A stretch of 64,000 nucleotides of DNA from a virus: IMG/VR virus record IMGVR_UViG_3300003324_000465, positions 1 to 64,000 of that record; one strand, given 5' to 3'. The translations under genes and the position numbers were made by a program. This document shows positions 26,596-35,700 of the stretch, one piece after another (within the stretch, counting starts at the first letter, position 1; every line of letters starts with the position of its first letter). A model generated the notes under the pieces. It was not told the origin of the DNA. It made no database searches and saw only the letters and a program-made list of their open reading frames with translations.

Positions 26596-27126
26596 TTATT
26601 CATAGATAATGTGGCTATCCAATACGCGATACAGTTCATCTCTGCCGGGCTTCATGTGGTTAAGCTCTAAAGAAAGCTTGACAGCACTTACAAGCTCATC
26701 GGCTCGGCCTACTGTTTCCGTAATATCTTCACTGGTTGTCACTACTGCTATTACTGCATAGAGATTGTTATCATGTAGTACGTAGTCAAGCCGCTTGACA
26801 AAAGCTTCCATATTACTATCGTCACTAGGGATAATGACAATTTCATCTCCTCCCCATCTGATAACTGTATCGGTATGCCGAAAATTGTCTACAAAAGAGC
26901 AAATGAGCTTGTCTACACCATCCATTGTAAAAGCATGATTCGCCGCGTGCATATTTGCAATATCGATTTGAACAAGCTTATGATCTGAGCAAATCGGCTT
27001 GCTCGCAACAGCATTACGATTCAAGATACCGCCAAAAGCTTGATCACATTCAAGATACCCTATCCGTTTCTGCTGCTCCATAACGAGTGCAATCAGTTCT
27101 TCGCGGCTCATATCTTGAATGTTCAT
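26596..27126 (-). CDS. GGDEF (diguanylate cyclase)-like domain protein, divergent
   Basis: DQAFGGILNR, IDIANMHAAN, VIRWGGDEIVII and RADE; N-terminal coiled coil. Confidence 0.75.
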   Translation of the reverse strand: MNIQDMSREELIALVMEQQKRIGYLECDQAFGGILNRNAVASKPICSDHKLVQIDIANMHAANHAFTMDGVDKLICSFVDNFRHTDTVIRWGGDEIVIIPSDDSNMEAFVKRLDYVLHDNNLYAVIAVVTTSEDITETVGRADELVSAVKLSLELNHMKPGRDELYRVLDSHIIYE

Positions 27127-27165
27127 TGTAGTATCCTGTATTGTCTAAGCGGCTTCGTTGAATGG

Positions 27166-27195
27166 AGTATAGCATGGGAGCATAGGCTAGTACAA
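27166..27195 (-). promoter_or_regulatory. possible promoter for the GGDEF gene
   Basis: TTGTAC-18-TATACT with TG extension. Confidence 0.5.
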
Positions 27196-27253
27196 TGGTA
27201 TCATGGTCCTATATGAAATTAGTACCTAATCACTATGAAAATAATTGCACCAA

Positions 27254-27502
27254 TTATGCGTAGCTCTGAACCGTATAGCCCTTATCTTTCAAAGCATCTG
27301 CGAGATCATTAATACTGTGAAGACGGCTAAAATTATGTACGTATACCTCAGCATGCGTAGGAAACATACACATCAGATTAACCGCATCCTCTAGCGCTTG
27401 TGCTGTAACATTCCATGACCGTTCATCATTCACATAGCATGTGATCTGAGCATATCCACTACTGGTACTGCGGATAATGAGCTGAAATTTACCAGTAATC
27501 AT
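27254..27502 (-). CDS. hypothetical protein
   Basis: AGAAAGGA RBS before MITGKF. Confidence 0.65.
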   Translation of the reverse strand: MITGKFQLIIRSTSSGYAQITCYVNDERSWNVTAQALEDAVNLMCMFPTHAEVYVHNFSRLHSINDLADALKDKGYTVQSYA

Positions 27503-27533
27503 GGGAATATCCTTTCTGATAGCCATATCATTA

Positions 27534-27749
27534 TTACAAATAGCCGATGAATGTAACAGTGCTGTATGTGCCATTTGTATACTCTACGCATTGAAACATC
27601 TTTTTACCTTTTGGCCGGACAAGAGTAAGATCACGAGTAACATTGTTTTCACGCATAACTCTTGCCATATTGATCAAGCCATCTGATTCTAACTGATCTG
27701 GTGTTTTTGCGCTAATGATTTGATATTCGATATTGTCTATGGTAATCAT
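27534..27749 (-). CDS. hypothetical protein
   Basis: AGGAG RBS. Confidence 0.7.
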   Translation of the reverse strand: MITIDNIEYQIISAKTPDQLESDGLINMARVMRENNVTRDLTLVRPKGKKMFQCVEYTNGTYSTVTFIGYL

Positions 27750-27783
27750 GTTATGTGTCTCCTGATATTACTGCGGCGCATTA

Positions 27784-28029
27784 TTAGTAATCGTTAGCGT
27801 ATATGTCAATATCACGCAAAATGCTATCGGATACGCCATCCTCCATAATTGTAGGATCAATTACAAATGTAATCTCATCTCGCATATATCCCCAAGTCAT
27901 AACCTGCTTAATATAACTAGCGGTGTCTTGCCAAACGTTCTTTAGCATTGTTGTATCGACAACATTACCGTCGTGTCGAGCTTTGGCGTAGTAGCTACCG
28001 TTTACTTGGAAGAATTTAACCTCTAGCAT
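27784..28029 (-). CDS. hypothetical protein
   Basis: GAAAGG RBS, first gene after a promoter. Confidence 0.7.
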   Translation of the reverse strand: MLEVKFFQVNGSYYAKARHDGNVVDTTMLKNVWQDTASYIKQVMTWGYMRDEITFVIDPTIMEDGVSDSILRDIDIYANDY

Positions 28030-28066
28030 TGTCTTCAGCCTTTCAGATTGTTTGCCTCACACCAGA

Positions 28067-28120
28067 ATGATACCATGATCTATGGCCAGAGTCAATACTG
28101 AAACCGTGTAGTTTTTAAGG
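28067..28120 (-). promoter_or_regulatory. early promoter with conserved upstream box
   Basis: TTGACT-17-TATCAT (TGG extension); upstream CTACACGGTTTCAGTA. Confidence 0.8.
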
Positions 28121-28154
28121 AATATTTCGGGGATTATTTTTTTTTAGGATTGTA

Positions 28155-28256
28155 CAGGAGCCATTTTAAGAGGCGATAATTTTCAAAATGACGTGAGATA
28201 CCAGTTTGATCCTATCATCGCTCTCAGAGCTTCCCAGGGGCCTTACAGGGCATCCT
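28155..28256 (-). repeat. tripartite element copy
   Basis: AGGATGCCCTGTAAGG + GGAAGCTCTGAGAGCG ... CCTCTTAAAATGGCTCCTG on the - strand. Confidence 0.75.
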
Positions 28257-28274
28257 AAGAAATAGCTGTCATGT

Positions 28275-28306
28275 AAAAAGAGTCTAGGGTTTAGTCCTAG
28301 ACTCTC
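28275..28306 (-). terminator. intrinsic terminator after the helicase
   Basis: AGAGTCTAGG-loop-CCTAGACTCT followed by a T run. Confidence 0.85.
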
Positions 28307-28326
28307 TGGTGCTTTATACTGGTACG

Positions 28327-29946
28327 TTAATCCACTAATACCAAATGGCTTTTGGCTCTGGTAATGCCCACATAATGCACATGTTTTTCCTGGGCTATCT
28401 GTTCTTCTAACCGCATTGGCAATTCAACACGGCTATAGTCAAAGATGAAGACCTTATCGGCTTCGTTACCCTTGACTCGATGAATAGTTGATAGCTGTAC
28501 TGCGTTCTTCTCATTCGTATCACTGAAGAGTGTAGTAATCTTGGCCCTAAGCTCTGTCAAATCCTCCATTCCCTCTGTAAGAGCAATAAGAGTATCGATC
28601 TTATCGTTTAATGCTTGCCGCGCATTATCTGCCTTCTTACCACGAGCTTCTAACTTTTCAAGCTCCTTATTGCGGTATTTCTCTGCTTTATCAATCAATT
28701 CAGGAATATCTTGAGCCTTGAGTTTCTTAATAAGGGCTAACATACCTTTGCCAAAATCGCGCCCTTTTACAAAGACTGGTACACCAGCACGCATAAGACC
28801 GTATGCTACGCTAATAAGGGGAGCGGTACGACGGCAAATACCCATATCACCGGGTTTAATAGATTCAATAGCTTTGTTAAGCCCCATTGATTCTACAATA
28901 CCGATAGGAGCATCATCCATTGCACGAATATGCGGTACAATTTGTTGTGCTCTGTCAATAATCGCTACTGCGCAACGTCTGCTCACTGTTAAGGGTAATG
29001 ACTCGACACCGCGATTAGTTGTACTCAAGTATGTATTAAAGTCTCGCATGCTATTTGTATTGGCACCAGCAAAACCATAAATACTTTGATACTCGTCGCC
29101 TACACCAAAAAAACGACCAGTCTTACCTAAAGCGAGTATTGCAATATATTGCTGTAGTTTATTAAAATCCTGTAGCTCATCTGCGATTACAACGTCAAAT
29201 GTTTCTATCGCTATCTTGTGAGTGTACACAAAATAGAGCATATCAGTGAAATCGACCACATTTCGGCTATTTACACTCGCTTTGATAACTTGCGGGACAA
29301 TTGTATACACCATGCTACGATGATCATTCAGATCAATACCATATGTATCCACAATGGAATCTAGCTCTTGCTCGTCTTTACCTTCAAACAAGTTATATTT
29401 GCAAAGCTCTACAATCCTTCGTGTAGCTGCTTTGATGTAATCACTGTTGTCATCTTCAGGCACAAAGCCGTCAATGATACCGTCAAGTTTATTCTCATCT
29501 AGTGTAACACGAGGATTCCAGCGCTTTACTTGCTGAAAGCTAAAGCTGTGCATGGTCTTAACCATGATCTCTTGAGGTAAACGCTGTTCTAGTTCTTTAA
29601 CAATATGCGTGTTAAACGCTACAAAAAGCTGCTTTACTGCTTTCTGTTGCTGCATAAGCATAGAACCGTGAACGATCGTGAATGTTTTCCCGCATCCCGC
29701 ACCAGCTTTAACAATTAAATGTTTATTGCTTTGCAGCATAGTATTCCAGATTGCTTCTTGCTCTGGTGATCCTTGCACACTAGTGTTTAGCGTAATTGAG
29801 CTACGATCAGCTTTAGGAGCTTTAAATGGCTTATAACCATTGCACTTTGGGAAACCAGAACATCCGTAGAATTGAAAGTCTGTACCCTTCTTCGTGCGGA
29901 GTACCATGGGCTTATTGCATTTGGGGCATGTTTCTGTAGCGGTCAT
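28327..29946 (-). CDS. SF1 (UvrD/Rep-like) helicase with N-terminal topoisomerase-type C4 zinc ribbon
   Basis: CPKCxxxMVLR..FYGCSGFPKC; AGAGCGKT, DELQD, GDEYQSIYGF, STIHRVKG and YVGITRA. Confidence 0.92.
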   Translation of the reverse strand: MTATETCPKCNKPMVLRTKKGTDFQFYGCSGFPKCNGYKPFKAPKADRSSITLNTSVQGSPEQEAIWNTMLQSNKHLIVKAGAGCGKTFTIVHGSMLMQQQKAVKQLFVAFNTHIVKELEQRLPQEIMVKTMHSFSFQQVKRWNPRVTLDENKLDGIIDGFVPEDDNSDYIKAATRRIVELCKYNLFEGKDEQELDSIVDTYGIDLNDHRSMVYTIVPQVIKASVNSRNVVDFTDMLYFVYTHKIAIETFDVVIADELQDFNKLQQYIAILALGKTGRFFGVGDEYQSIYGFAGANTNSMRDFNTYLSTTNRGVESLPLTVSRRCAVAIIDRAQQIVPHIRAMDDAPIGIVESMGLNKAIESIKPGDMGICRRTAPLISVAYGLMRAGVPVFVKGRDFGKGMLALIKKLKAQDIPELIDKAEKYRNKELEKLEARGKKADNARQALNDKIDTLIALTEGMEDLTELRAKITTLFSDTNEKNAVQLSTIHRVKGNEADKVFIFDYSRVELPMRLEEQIAQEKHVHYVGITRAKSHLVLVD

Positions 29947-30207
29947 CGTTGTGTATCCTTCTGTATTACAAAGAAGACGTAAGTAGATCCTACCGATACA
30001 TCATAGATACATCATGTTGATCATCCGTTAGTTCAAACATTGCTGTAGTATTAATGTTACCCCAAAGAAGGTAAAAACCTTCTGGATGATCAATCGGCAG
30101 CATATCAGTAATCCATGTGTCTACAATATCATGCTTGTGCATATCTATTTTGTAAATAATGTACATGGTTTTATGCCCTTTCCTTGTAAGATTGTTTCAT
30201 TGCCTCT

Positions 30208-30262
30208 ATGATACCATGACCGTTCCGGCAATGTCAATATCGAAAGCGTGTAGATTCTAGGG
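30208..30262 (-). promoter_or_regulatory. early promoter with conserved upstream box
   Basis: TTGACA-18-TATCAT; upstream CCTAGAATCTACACGCTTTCGATA. Confidence 0.8.
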
Positions 30263-30265
30263 AGT

Positions 30266-30505
30266 TTATTTAATGCCTAGAATCTGCTTTTGATTGTTAG
30301 GGATAAAGACACGGCGGCATCCATCTGGCAATTGATAGCGGGTGTCATGGCCGATGCTATCTTTGAAAAATACCTGTACATACCATTGATCGCGCCAATT
30401 GCAAACCCGACCGCCTAGGAAACCTTCTTGCATTGCTAATGCATTAAAAATGCTATTTGCATCTTCTTCAGAATAGATCGTATCGAATAATTGAATAGCA
30501 TTCAT
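30266..30505 (-). CDS. hypothetical protein
   Basis: AAAAGG RBS. Confidence 0.65.
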   Translation of the reverse strand: MNAIQLFDTIYSEEDANSIFNALAMQEGFLGGRVCNWRDQWYVQVFFKDSIGHDTRYQLPDGCRRVFIPNNQKQILGIK

Positions 30506-30509
30506 GATT

Positions 30510-30791
30510 TTAGCCTTTCTCGTTTAGCAAGTAACGCAATCCTTCGTAAGCTATGCTGTTCTTTATCGGTAATTCACCATTTGGCCCAATGAATTTATAT
30601 TGTAATATAAATCTATATATTTCCTCTGATTGTTCATCATTCCAATAATTTAATATTTCCCTACAGTATATATCGATAGCACCATCTTTACGACGGTTTA
30701 TAATATATTTCGATCTATGTATATTTTGCTTCGCCGCTATTTTTACTGTTTCGTATTGTTCCTTTGTTAAACCTATCAGTAGACTATACAT
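30510..30791 (-). CDS. hypothetical protein
   Basis: AAAGGA RBS. Confidence 0.65.
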   Translation of the reverse strand: MYSLLIGLTKEQYETVKIAAKQNIHRSKYIINRRKDGAIDIYCREILNYWNDEQSEEIYRFILQYKFIGPNGELPIKNSIAYEGLRYLLNEKG

Positions 30792-30822
30792 ATGAGCTAT
30801 CCTTTATGTAGACTATTACATT

Positions 30823-31077
30823 TTAGTATGCTTCATCTGGATTGATAAGCCAAGTAGCATAATTGGTTAAAGGAGCGCCTAGTTTATATACGCTACCGCT
30901 CTTTGTTGTTATTGTTTGTATATCCTTGTTATATGCTACTATAACAGAAGTAGTAATACGGTTATCATATCCTTCTACACATCCTGTAAGATGTAATTGA
31001 CATCCTTTCTCCAAATCTTCAATATGTGCATATTCCCAGAAAGGATTAATTATTGTGTATTGATCGCATGTTTTCAT
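30823..31077 (-). CDS. conserved phage hypothetical protein
   Basis: ITTS..TKSGSVYKLG pattern. Confidence 0.65.
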   Translation of the reverse strand: MKTCDQYTIINPFWEYAHIEDLEKGCQLHLTGCVEGYDNRITTSVIVAYNKDIQTITTKSGSVYKLGAPLTNYATWLINPDEAY

Positions 31078-31400
31078 GGTTTTACTCCTAATCTTCTAGC
31101 TGTTTCTTTCCGTATAGATTTACGGGCAAATTGCATTCTACGATCATATTCATCCTTGTCAGCTATAGTATCTGCGGCGAATGTTTCATGGTCTCCATTG
31201 ACGGCAATTGACCGCAGCGAACTATCCTCGCATATCTGATGTTGAACTGTACCAATCTCCGTTGTAATTGTCCAATAAAAAGAACGACTTGTTACCGTAG
31301 CATTATATATTGATATATTGCGCCGCGTTTTGTATTTACGAATGAATGTGCTTAGACGATAGACTAGAACGGCTATTATAAGTATAGCCCACATGCTCAT
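31074..31400 (-). CDS. hypothetical protein with N-terminal TM
   Basis: AGGAG RBS, hydrophobic N-terminus. Confidence 0.65.
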   Translation of the reverse strand: MSMWAILIIAVLVYRLSTFIRKYKTRRNISIYNATVTSRSFYWTITTEIGTVQHQICEDSSLRSIAVNGDHETFAADTIADKDEYDRRMQFARKSIRKETARRLGVKP

Positions 31401-31411
31401 AATTATTACTC

Positions 31412-31777
31412 CTATACGAATCGCATCTGAATTGACGTTCGGTAAGCTATCCTTTGCTGAATAACCTTATAGTCTATTCCTTTTGTCTCACACCAGAGAA
31501 ATAAGGGAGTATGTTTCTTTGAGGAATTACAACCGTTGCAAACGGTAACGAGATTGTGAGGATTTTTGATAGCCTTGCGGAAATCTTTTATATCAGGATA
31601 TTCCTGTGCAAGCTCATGTTGTGGAATAATATGGTCAAGCGTAATTACATCTAGCGGATTTTGCTTCCATACCTCTTTTGTGTATCGCTTGCCTACTTTG
31701 CCGCAATAGCAGCAAGTATCAGCATCACGATCATAAAGGTTTTTGCGCTGCTTTGGGCTTATCCATCCGCTAGGCAT
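31412..31777 (-). CDS. HNH endonuclease
   Basis: YDRD..CCYCG, TLDHIIP, NLVTVCNGCNSSK; start at MPSGW, after the promoter. Confidence 0.88.
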   Translation of the reverse strand: MPSGWISPKQRKNLYDRDADTCCYCGKVGKRYTKEVWKQNPLDVITLDHIIPQHELAQEYPDIKDFRKAIKNPHNLVTVCNGCNSSKKHTPLFLWCETKGIDYKVIQQRIAYRTSIQMRFV

Positions 31778-31821
31778 GTTCGTAATCCTCTGTACTGGTA
31801 TGTTGCGGTTCCGTTGTGAGG

Positions 31822-31850
31822 ATAGTACCATGAAAAAAGATAAGAGTCAA
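31822..31850 (-). promoter_or_regulatory. sigma70 promoter
   Basis: TTGACT-17-TACTAT with TGG extension. Confidence 0.7.
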
Positions 31851-31882
31851 GAGGTTTTAAGACCAATTTTAGAGGAATTTTT

Positions 31883-31925
31883 TGTACCCTGTATTACGAA
31901 TAGTCAATATTAAATACAGGGTACA
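31883..31925. repeat. 13-bp perfect inverted repeat (hairpin or operator)
   Basis: TGTACCCTGTATT / AATACAGGGTACA. Confidence 0.75.
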
Positions 31926-31933
31926 TAACGCGC

Positions 31934-32218
31934 CTACCATTCAATATCAAAACCTGCGGCGCTAAACAACGTTTCTCTCACCTGCGTCCATGTTTCAGAA
32001 GACAGATCACGATTGTACCCACGAATGTCGTTTTTCTTGTCATAGACAAAGATTCGAGTCTCTTTCTGAAGATCGACTCGCTTGTCTGTAACAATGTAAT
32101 GATACCTGCTGCCCTTTTCTTCGATCTGCCATCCGAAAACATATATAACATCTTTCTGTCCAGTTTGAGGATTGGGCATGATCATACCCACTGAACCGTA
32201 GCGCAATTTGCCTTCCAT
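31934..32218 (-). CDS. hypothetical early protein
   Basis: GAAAGGA RBS after a promoter. Confidence 0.7.
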   Translation of the reverse strand: MEGKLRYGSVGMIMPNPQTGQKDVIYVFGWQIEEKGSRYHYIVTDKRVDLQKETRIFVYDKKNDIRGYNRDLSSETWTQVRETLFSAAGFDIEW

Positions 32219-32257
32219 TGTGGTATCCTTTCGGTATTGTGTTCGGCTACTGAAACA

Positions 32258-32310
32258 AGGATACCATGCTCCCAGAGCAATGTCAATATCGAAAGCGTGT
32301 AGATTCTAGG
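32258..32310 (-). promoter_or_regulatory. early promoter with conserved upstream box
   Basis: TTGACA-17-TATCCT; upstream box identical to the 30208 copy. Confidence 0.8.
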
Positions 32311-32614
32311 CAAATTTCAAAGGGCACCATACGGACTCTGTTTAACCTGAACCTATAGATCATAGTATTCTCTTGTCGGATATGATCAATGCCATGAATA
32401 TACCCGGCGTATTATTATACCGCGTTTTGTTTTCATTTTCCTAGTACCTTTTGAATATCATACAAAGAACGCTCCCGTACTAGTAATCGCTCTCTATAAT
32501 AATCAGGATGGCTTAATCTACGATGATAGTAGAACCTAGCATATTTATATTTTAATGCGAGTTTCTTTCCTCGTTTCGTCTTCATAGTATCCCCCATGAA
32601 TAAATTGCGCGCAG

Positions 32615-32815
32615 TTATTTCTTAATGCTCCATGTACGATTCCAGATACGGGTAATTGGATTCCATAGATACGTCTCATTAGGATTCGTAGAATAAAAGT
32701 CTACCGCACGAATGGCCCCATGACCATATCCTGCTAAAGTGAATGCATGCCCGATTGTATTACCTTTGATTGTTTGTTTTGTTCCATCCTTCCAGTAGAG
32801 GATATATGTGTTCAT
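32615..32815 (-). CDS. hypothetical protein
   Basis: AAGGAG RBS. Confidence 0.7.
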   Translation of the reverse strand: MNTYILYWKDGTKQTIKGNTIGHAFTLAGYGHGAIRAVDFYSTNPNETYLWNPITRIWNRTWSIKK

Positions 32816-32978
32816 CTTATACTCCTTGTGTATTGGATAGGAATCTCATAAAATCCGCTACCATCGTCAAAACGTACAATGACAGTAAAAATACGATTGT
32901 TCATACAACCTACTGCTCTACTAGGTTCAGCTAGACCGATCTTACCTCTCATCGCTCCTTCTATAATGATTACTTTCA

Positions 32979-33398
32979 TTATTCTATACTCTTTGTATTC
33001 TTACATAATGGATATGCAGCACATCCTAAAAATTCACCAAACTTGCCTTTTCGTAGTTTCATAGGATTACCACAACGATCACACCATGTTATACCATCAC
33101 TCCAATTATCAATGCGCGCATTTAATCGTATCTGCCAATTATGTGATCGATTAATCCTTTTTTCACCGCTAATAAAATCACCACGACTATCAACAATCAC
33201 AATACGTATAGCATCAGCGCCAATATCTCTACTTTTACCATTACGCTTATCAATACTCGTATAAATACGAATATGACATGTATCTATTACTTTCTCATAG
33301 ACATGTTCACCTATAGGTAGATCAATACGTTTAAATCCACGTACGAGCAATACATCATTCATGTCTTGCAGTGTAATAACTTCGTATTGTGATGCCAT
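32979..33398 (-). CDS. hypothetical protein with C-terminal topoisomerase-type C4 zinc ribbon
   Basis: CDRCGNPMKLRKGKFGEFLGCAAYPLC. Confidence 0.8.
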   Translation of the reverse strand: MASQYEVITLQDMNDVLLVRGFKRIDLPIGEHVYEKVIDTCHIRIYTSIDKRNGKSRDIGADAIRIVIVDSRGDFISGEKRINRSHNWQIRLNARIDNWSDGITWCDRCGNPMKLRKGKFGEFLGCAAYPLCKNTKSIE

Positions 33399-33412
33399 AG
33401 CAATCTACCTTT

Positions 33413-33709
33413 CTATGAATTAAATAAACGCTGGTAATTCGTTAGTGCTGCATGAATGCGTTCATGTGTAGGACCATCATACTTAGTGAGAATAGTAGCA
33501 CAATACGATTGAATACCGTAATGTGTCAGTGTGTATATTCCACACTCATTATCAAATGATACGATGCTGTTACGAATAAATGCACCTAGTGTACGATTGT
33601 CAGCGAATAAAAACATTGTTTCTTTTACTTCTATTGCGGTATTCCGATGATCCAATATCCTCTCAATAGCTTCTACTTGAGCATTGCTTAAATTCATATT
33701 CACTGACAT
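33413..33709 (-). CDS. hypothetical (wHTH-like) protein, paralog of 25215-25520
   Basis: visible pairwise similarity. Confidence 0.75.
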   Translation of the reverse strand: MSVNMNLSNAQVEAIERILDHRNTAIEVKETMFLFADNRTLGAFIRNSIVSFDNECGIYTLTHYGIQSYCATILTKYDGPTHERIHAALTNYQRLFNS

Positions 33710-33724
33710 GATGCCTACTCCTAT

Positions 33725-34117
33725 TTATTGGTTATACCAGAGGATAACCTCATCTCCATACAGAATATAGGCGCGGCCTATATTATCAACCGCAAGGGTG
33801 AAATGGTTGATACGCTTCTTATGTTGTCTACGGTATTCACGAATAAAATCAAGAATAACTATGCCAATTGTGTAATCCAGTGCTTTTGTGAAAATACGCA
33901 TAGCAAAATTATTATCAGACCTATCACCGGACTCGGTATCTTTCATATACTGTACTGATTGATCATCCTTCAGATACAGCCATGAAATATCCTGAGCGCT
34001 CAAGGGCTTTCCTGAATCGTATGCCTCTTTCATCTTTGCATAGAGCGCATTCGTGTCTACTTCCCATGACGTTACCTTGATCTGTTTGCCAGCATAGGTG
34101 ATAGTTTGCTTTTTCAT
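33725..34117 (-). CDS. hypothetical protein
   Basis: AGGAG RBS. Confidence 0.7.
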   Translation of the reverse strand: MKKQTITYAGKQIKVTSWEVDTNALYAKMKEAYDSGKPLSAQDISWLYLKDDQSVQYMKDTESGDRSDNNFAMRIFTKALDYTIGIVILDFIREYRRQHKKRINHFTLAVDNIGRAYILYGDEVILWYNQ

Positions 34118-34146
34118 GTCTTTACTCCTGATACTATGCGCGGCTA

Positions 34147-34326
34147 TTATTCAATTACAGTAATTGTGTATCCTTCTGTGATTTCATGACATGACACATA
34201 TTCCCACGTATAATCAGTATTCTGATCCGCAATTTCTTGCGCTTTCTCAATTGTGGTGGTAATTATATATTGCATCGCAATGCCGTATGAATCGCCTGAA
34301 AATTCAAAGATATAGAGCTTGCTCAT
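34147..34326 (-). CDS. small hypothetical protein
   Basis: GAAAGGA RBS before MSKLYIF; similar to 36747-36938. Confidence 0.6.
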   Translation of the reverse strand: MSKLYIFEFSGDSYGIAMQYIITTTIEKAQEIADQNTDYTWEYVSCHEITEGYTITVIE

Positions 34327-34365
34327 AAAGGTAAATCCTTTCATAACTTGTCCGACTCTGCGAGA

Positions 34366-34409
34366 ATAATACCATGAGCTAAAACAGAAGTCAATATCTA
34401 AACCGTGTA
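34366..34409 (-). promoter_or_regulatory. early promoter with upstream box
   Basis: TTGACT-17-TATTAT; upstream TACACGGTTTAGATA. Confidence 0.75.
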
Positions 34410-34503
34410 ATATAACGTGTAAATTTAAGAAGATTTTAGAGGATACTGGTATTTATTACTCGCGCCAGTATAACGCTTTGTACTTATAATTGCGGGCAAT
34501 TTA

Positions 34504-34806
34504 TTACTTGCTGCGTGTTAGCTCATTTCGATGGGCACCGCAATAAACATCAAACATGTTAATAGGCGAGCGGATAATGCAAGCGCATTTTTTACTGCGG
34601 TACGTATGTATAACCCGCTTGTCATCCGCATCAGGTTGCCGTGTAACCGAAGTCACTGTCGGCTGAACCCCAAGATTTTTTTTATTCTTGCTACCCTTCG
34701 GTCTGCCCCTACCACGCTTTGGCTCTGTCTCCGCTGCTGCGGCGATAGTCTTTTTATTTAGAGAACCTTTAGGACGACCACGGCCCCGTTTAATTGTGCT
34801 TTCCAT
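34504..34806 (-). CDS. double AT-hook DNA-binding protein
   Basis: KRGRGRPKGSxNKK twice; GAAAGG RBS before MESTIK. Confidence 0.8.
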   Translation of the reverse strand: MESTIKRGRGRPKGSLNKKTIAAAAETEPKRGRGRPKGSKNKKNLGVQPTVTSVTRQPDADDKRVIHTYRSKKCACIIRSPINMFDVYCGAHRNELTRSK

Positions 34807-34843
34807 TGTCGTGTACCTTTCGTTATAGTGCTTACTTGCACTG

Positions 34844-34871
34844 ACTATACCACGAGATTCGATATTGTCAA
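34844..34871 (-). promoter_or_regulatory. sigma70 promoter for the AT-hook gene
   Basis: TTGACA-16-TATAGT with TGG extension. Confidence 0.65.
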
Positions 34872-34882
34872 GAGGGAATTTT

Positions 34883-35452
34883 CTACCAATGTGAGCGGAA
34901 ATAAACAATATCGCGGAGAATAAGTGTACCATCTTCTGATACGGCTAGATTGTGTGTAGGAAACTCAAAGAGAAAATTACTATCAAAAGCTGTAGTCCAA
35001 GTATAAATATTGCGTAATGCTTCTATAATCGAGTCTGGTACATTACCATCCTGTTCTAATTTTTCGATAAAATTGTATACTACCTGATATAACAGATCGT
35101 ATCTGTTCCTAATCATATGCAAGCTAATTTCACCACGAAAAAAACCCCATGTTTCTTGAAGCACTTTAGCTACGCGCCATGCCTCTTTGTGCTTTGCCGT
35201 AAGCTTATCAGTAAATTTTGTCTTATAACACACATAGTCCCTACCACGAATAGATATGTCATCACACGTTTCCATGTACGGCACATGCTTAGATTTAATG
35301 TGGCTGTAGATTTCCTTTGTATGCTGATTCGCATGCTCATAAACGTCATAGGGTGTAATCAGGAATACTACAGAAGGATCATCTGTTGATCGATAGGCGA
35401 TGGAAAATTCGCCTTGTCCAATTTTCTTGACATTGTGCCCATGGATCATCAT
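34883..35452 (-). CDS. protein-kinase-like fold protein
   Basis: Gly loop KIGQGEFSIAY; catalytic-loop-like FEFPTHNL; DGTLILRD. Confidence 0.55.
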   Translation of the reverse strand: MMIHGHNVKKIGQGEFSIAYRSTDDPSVVFLITPYDVYEHANQHTKEIYSHIKSKHVPYMETCDDISIRGRDYVCYKTKFTDKLTAKHKEAWRVAKVLQETWGFFRGEISLHMIRNRYDLLYQVVYNFIEKLEQDGNVPDSIIEALRNIYTWTTAFDSNFLFEFPTHNLAVSEDGTLILRDIVYFRSHW

Positions 35453-35499
35453 GGTCGTGTTTCCTTCTGTGTACTGTGTTGCTTGTCTGCTATGGTAAC

Positions 35500-35527
35500 A
35501 GCATATCACGGTTTTTGAGGATGTCAA
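35500..35527 (-). promoter_or_regulatory. sigma70 promoter
   Basis: TTGACA-16-TATGCT with TG extension. Confidence 0.65.
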
Positions 35528-35700
35528 TACCCGAATCTCATATGAGTATCAAATTGGTCATTTTTAGGCATATCAAAGCCATAAAATCAAAATTGCACAC
35601 GCATGGTATATATCTACCATTGATTCAAGGTTTACATCTCAGCGTATATGCATGTATTAAAGGGCTTCTAGCAATTCCTATAAGCGGCTTTTGTAATTTC

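Noticed and set aside
26596-27126. Reverse transcriptase / DGR or Cas10 reading of the GGD motif
   Set aside because: No YxDD or GGDD, the protein is too short, and no TR/VR pair was noticed
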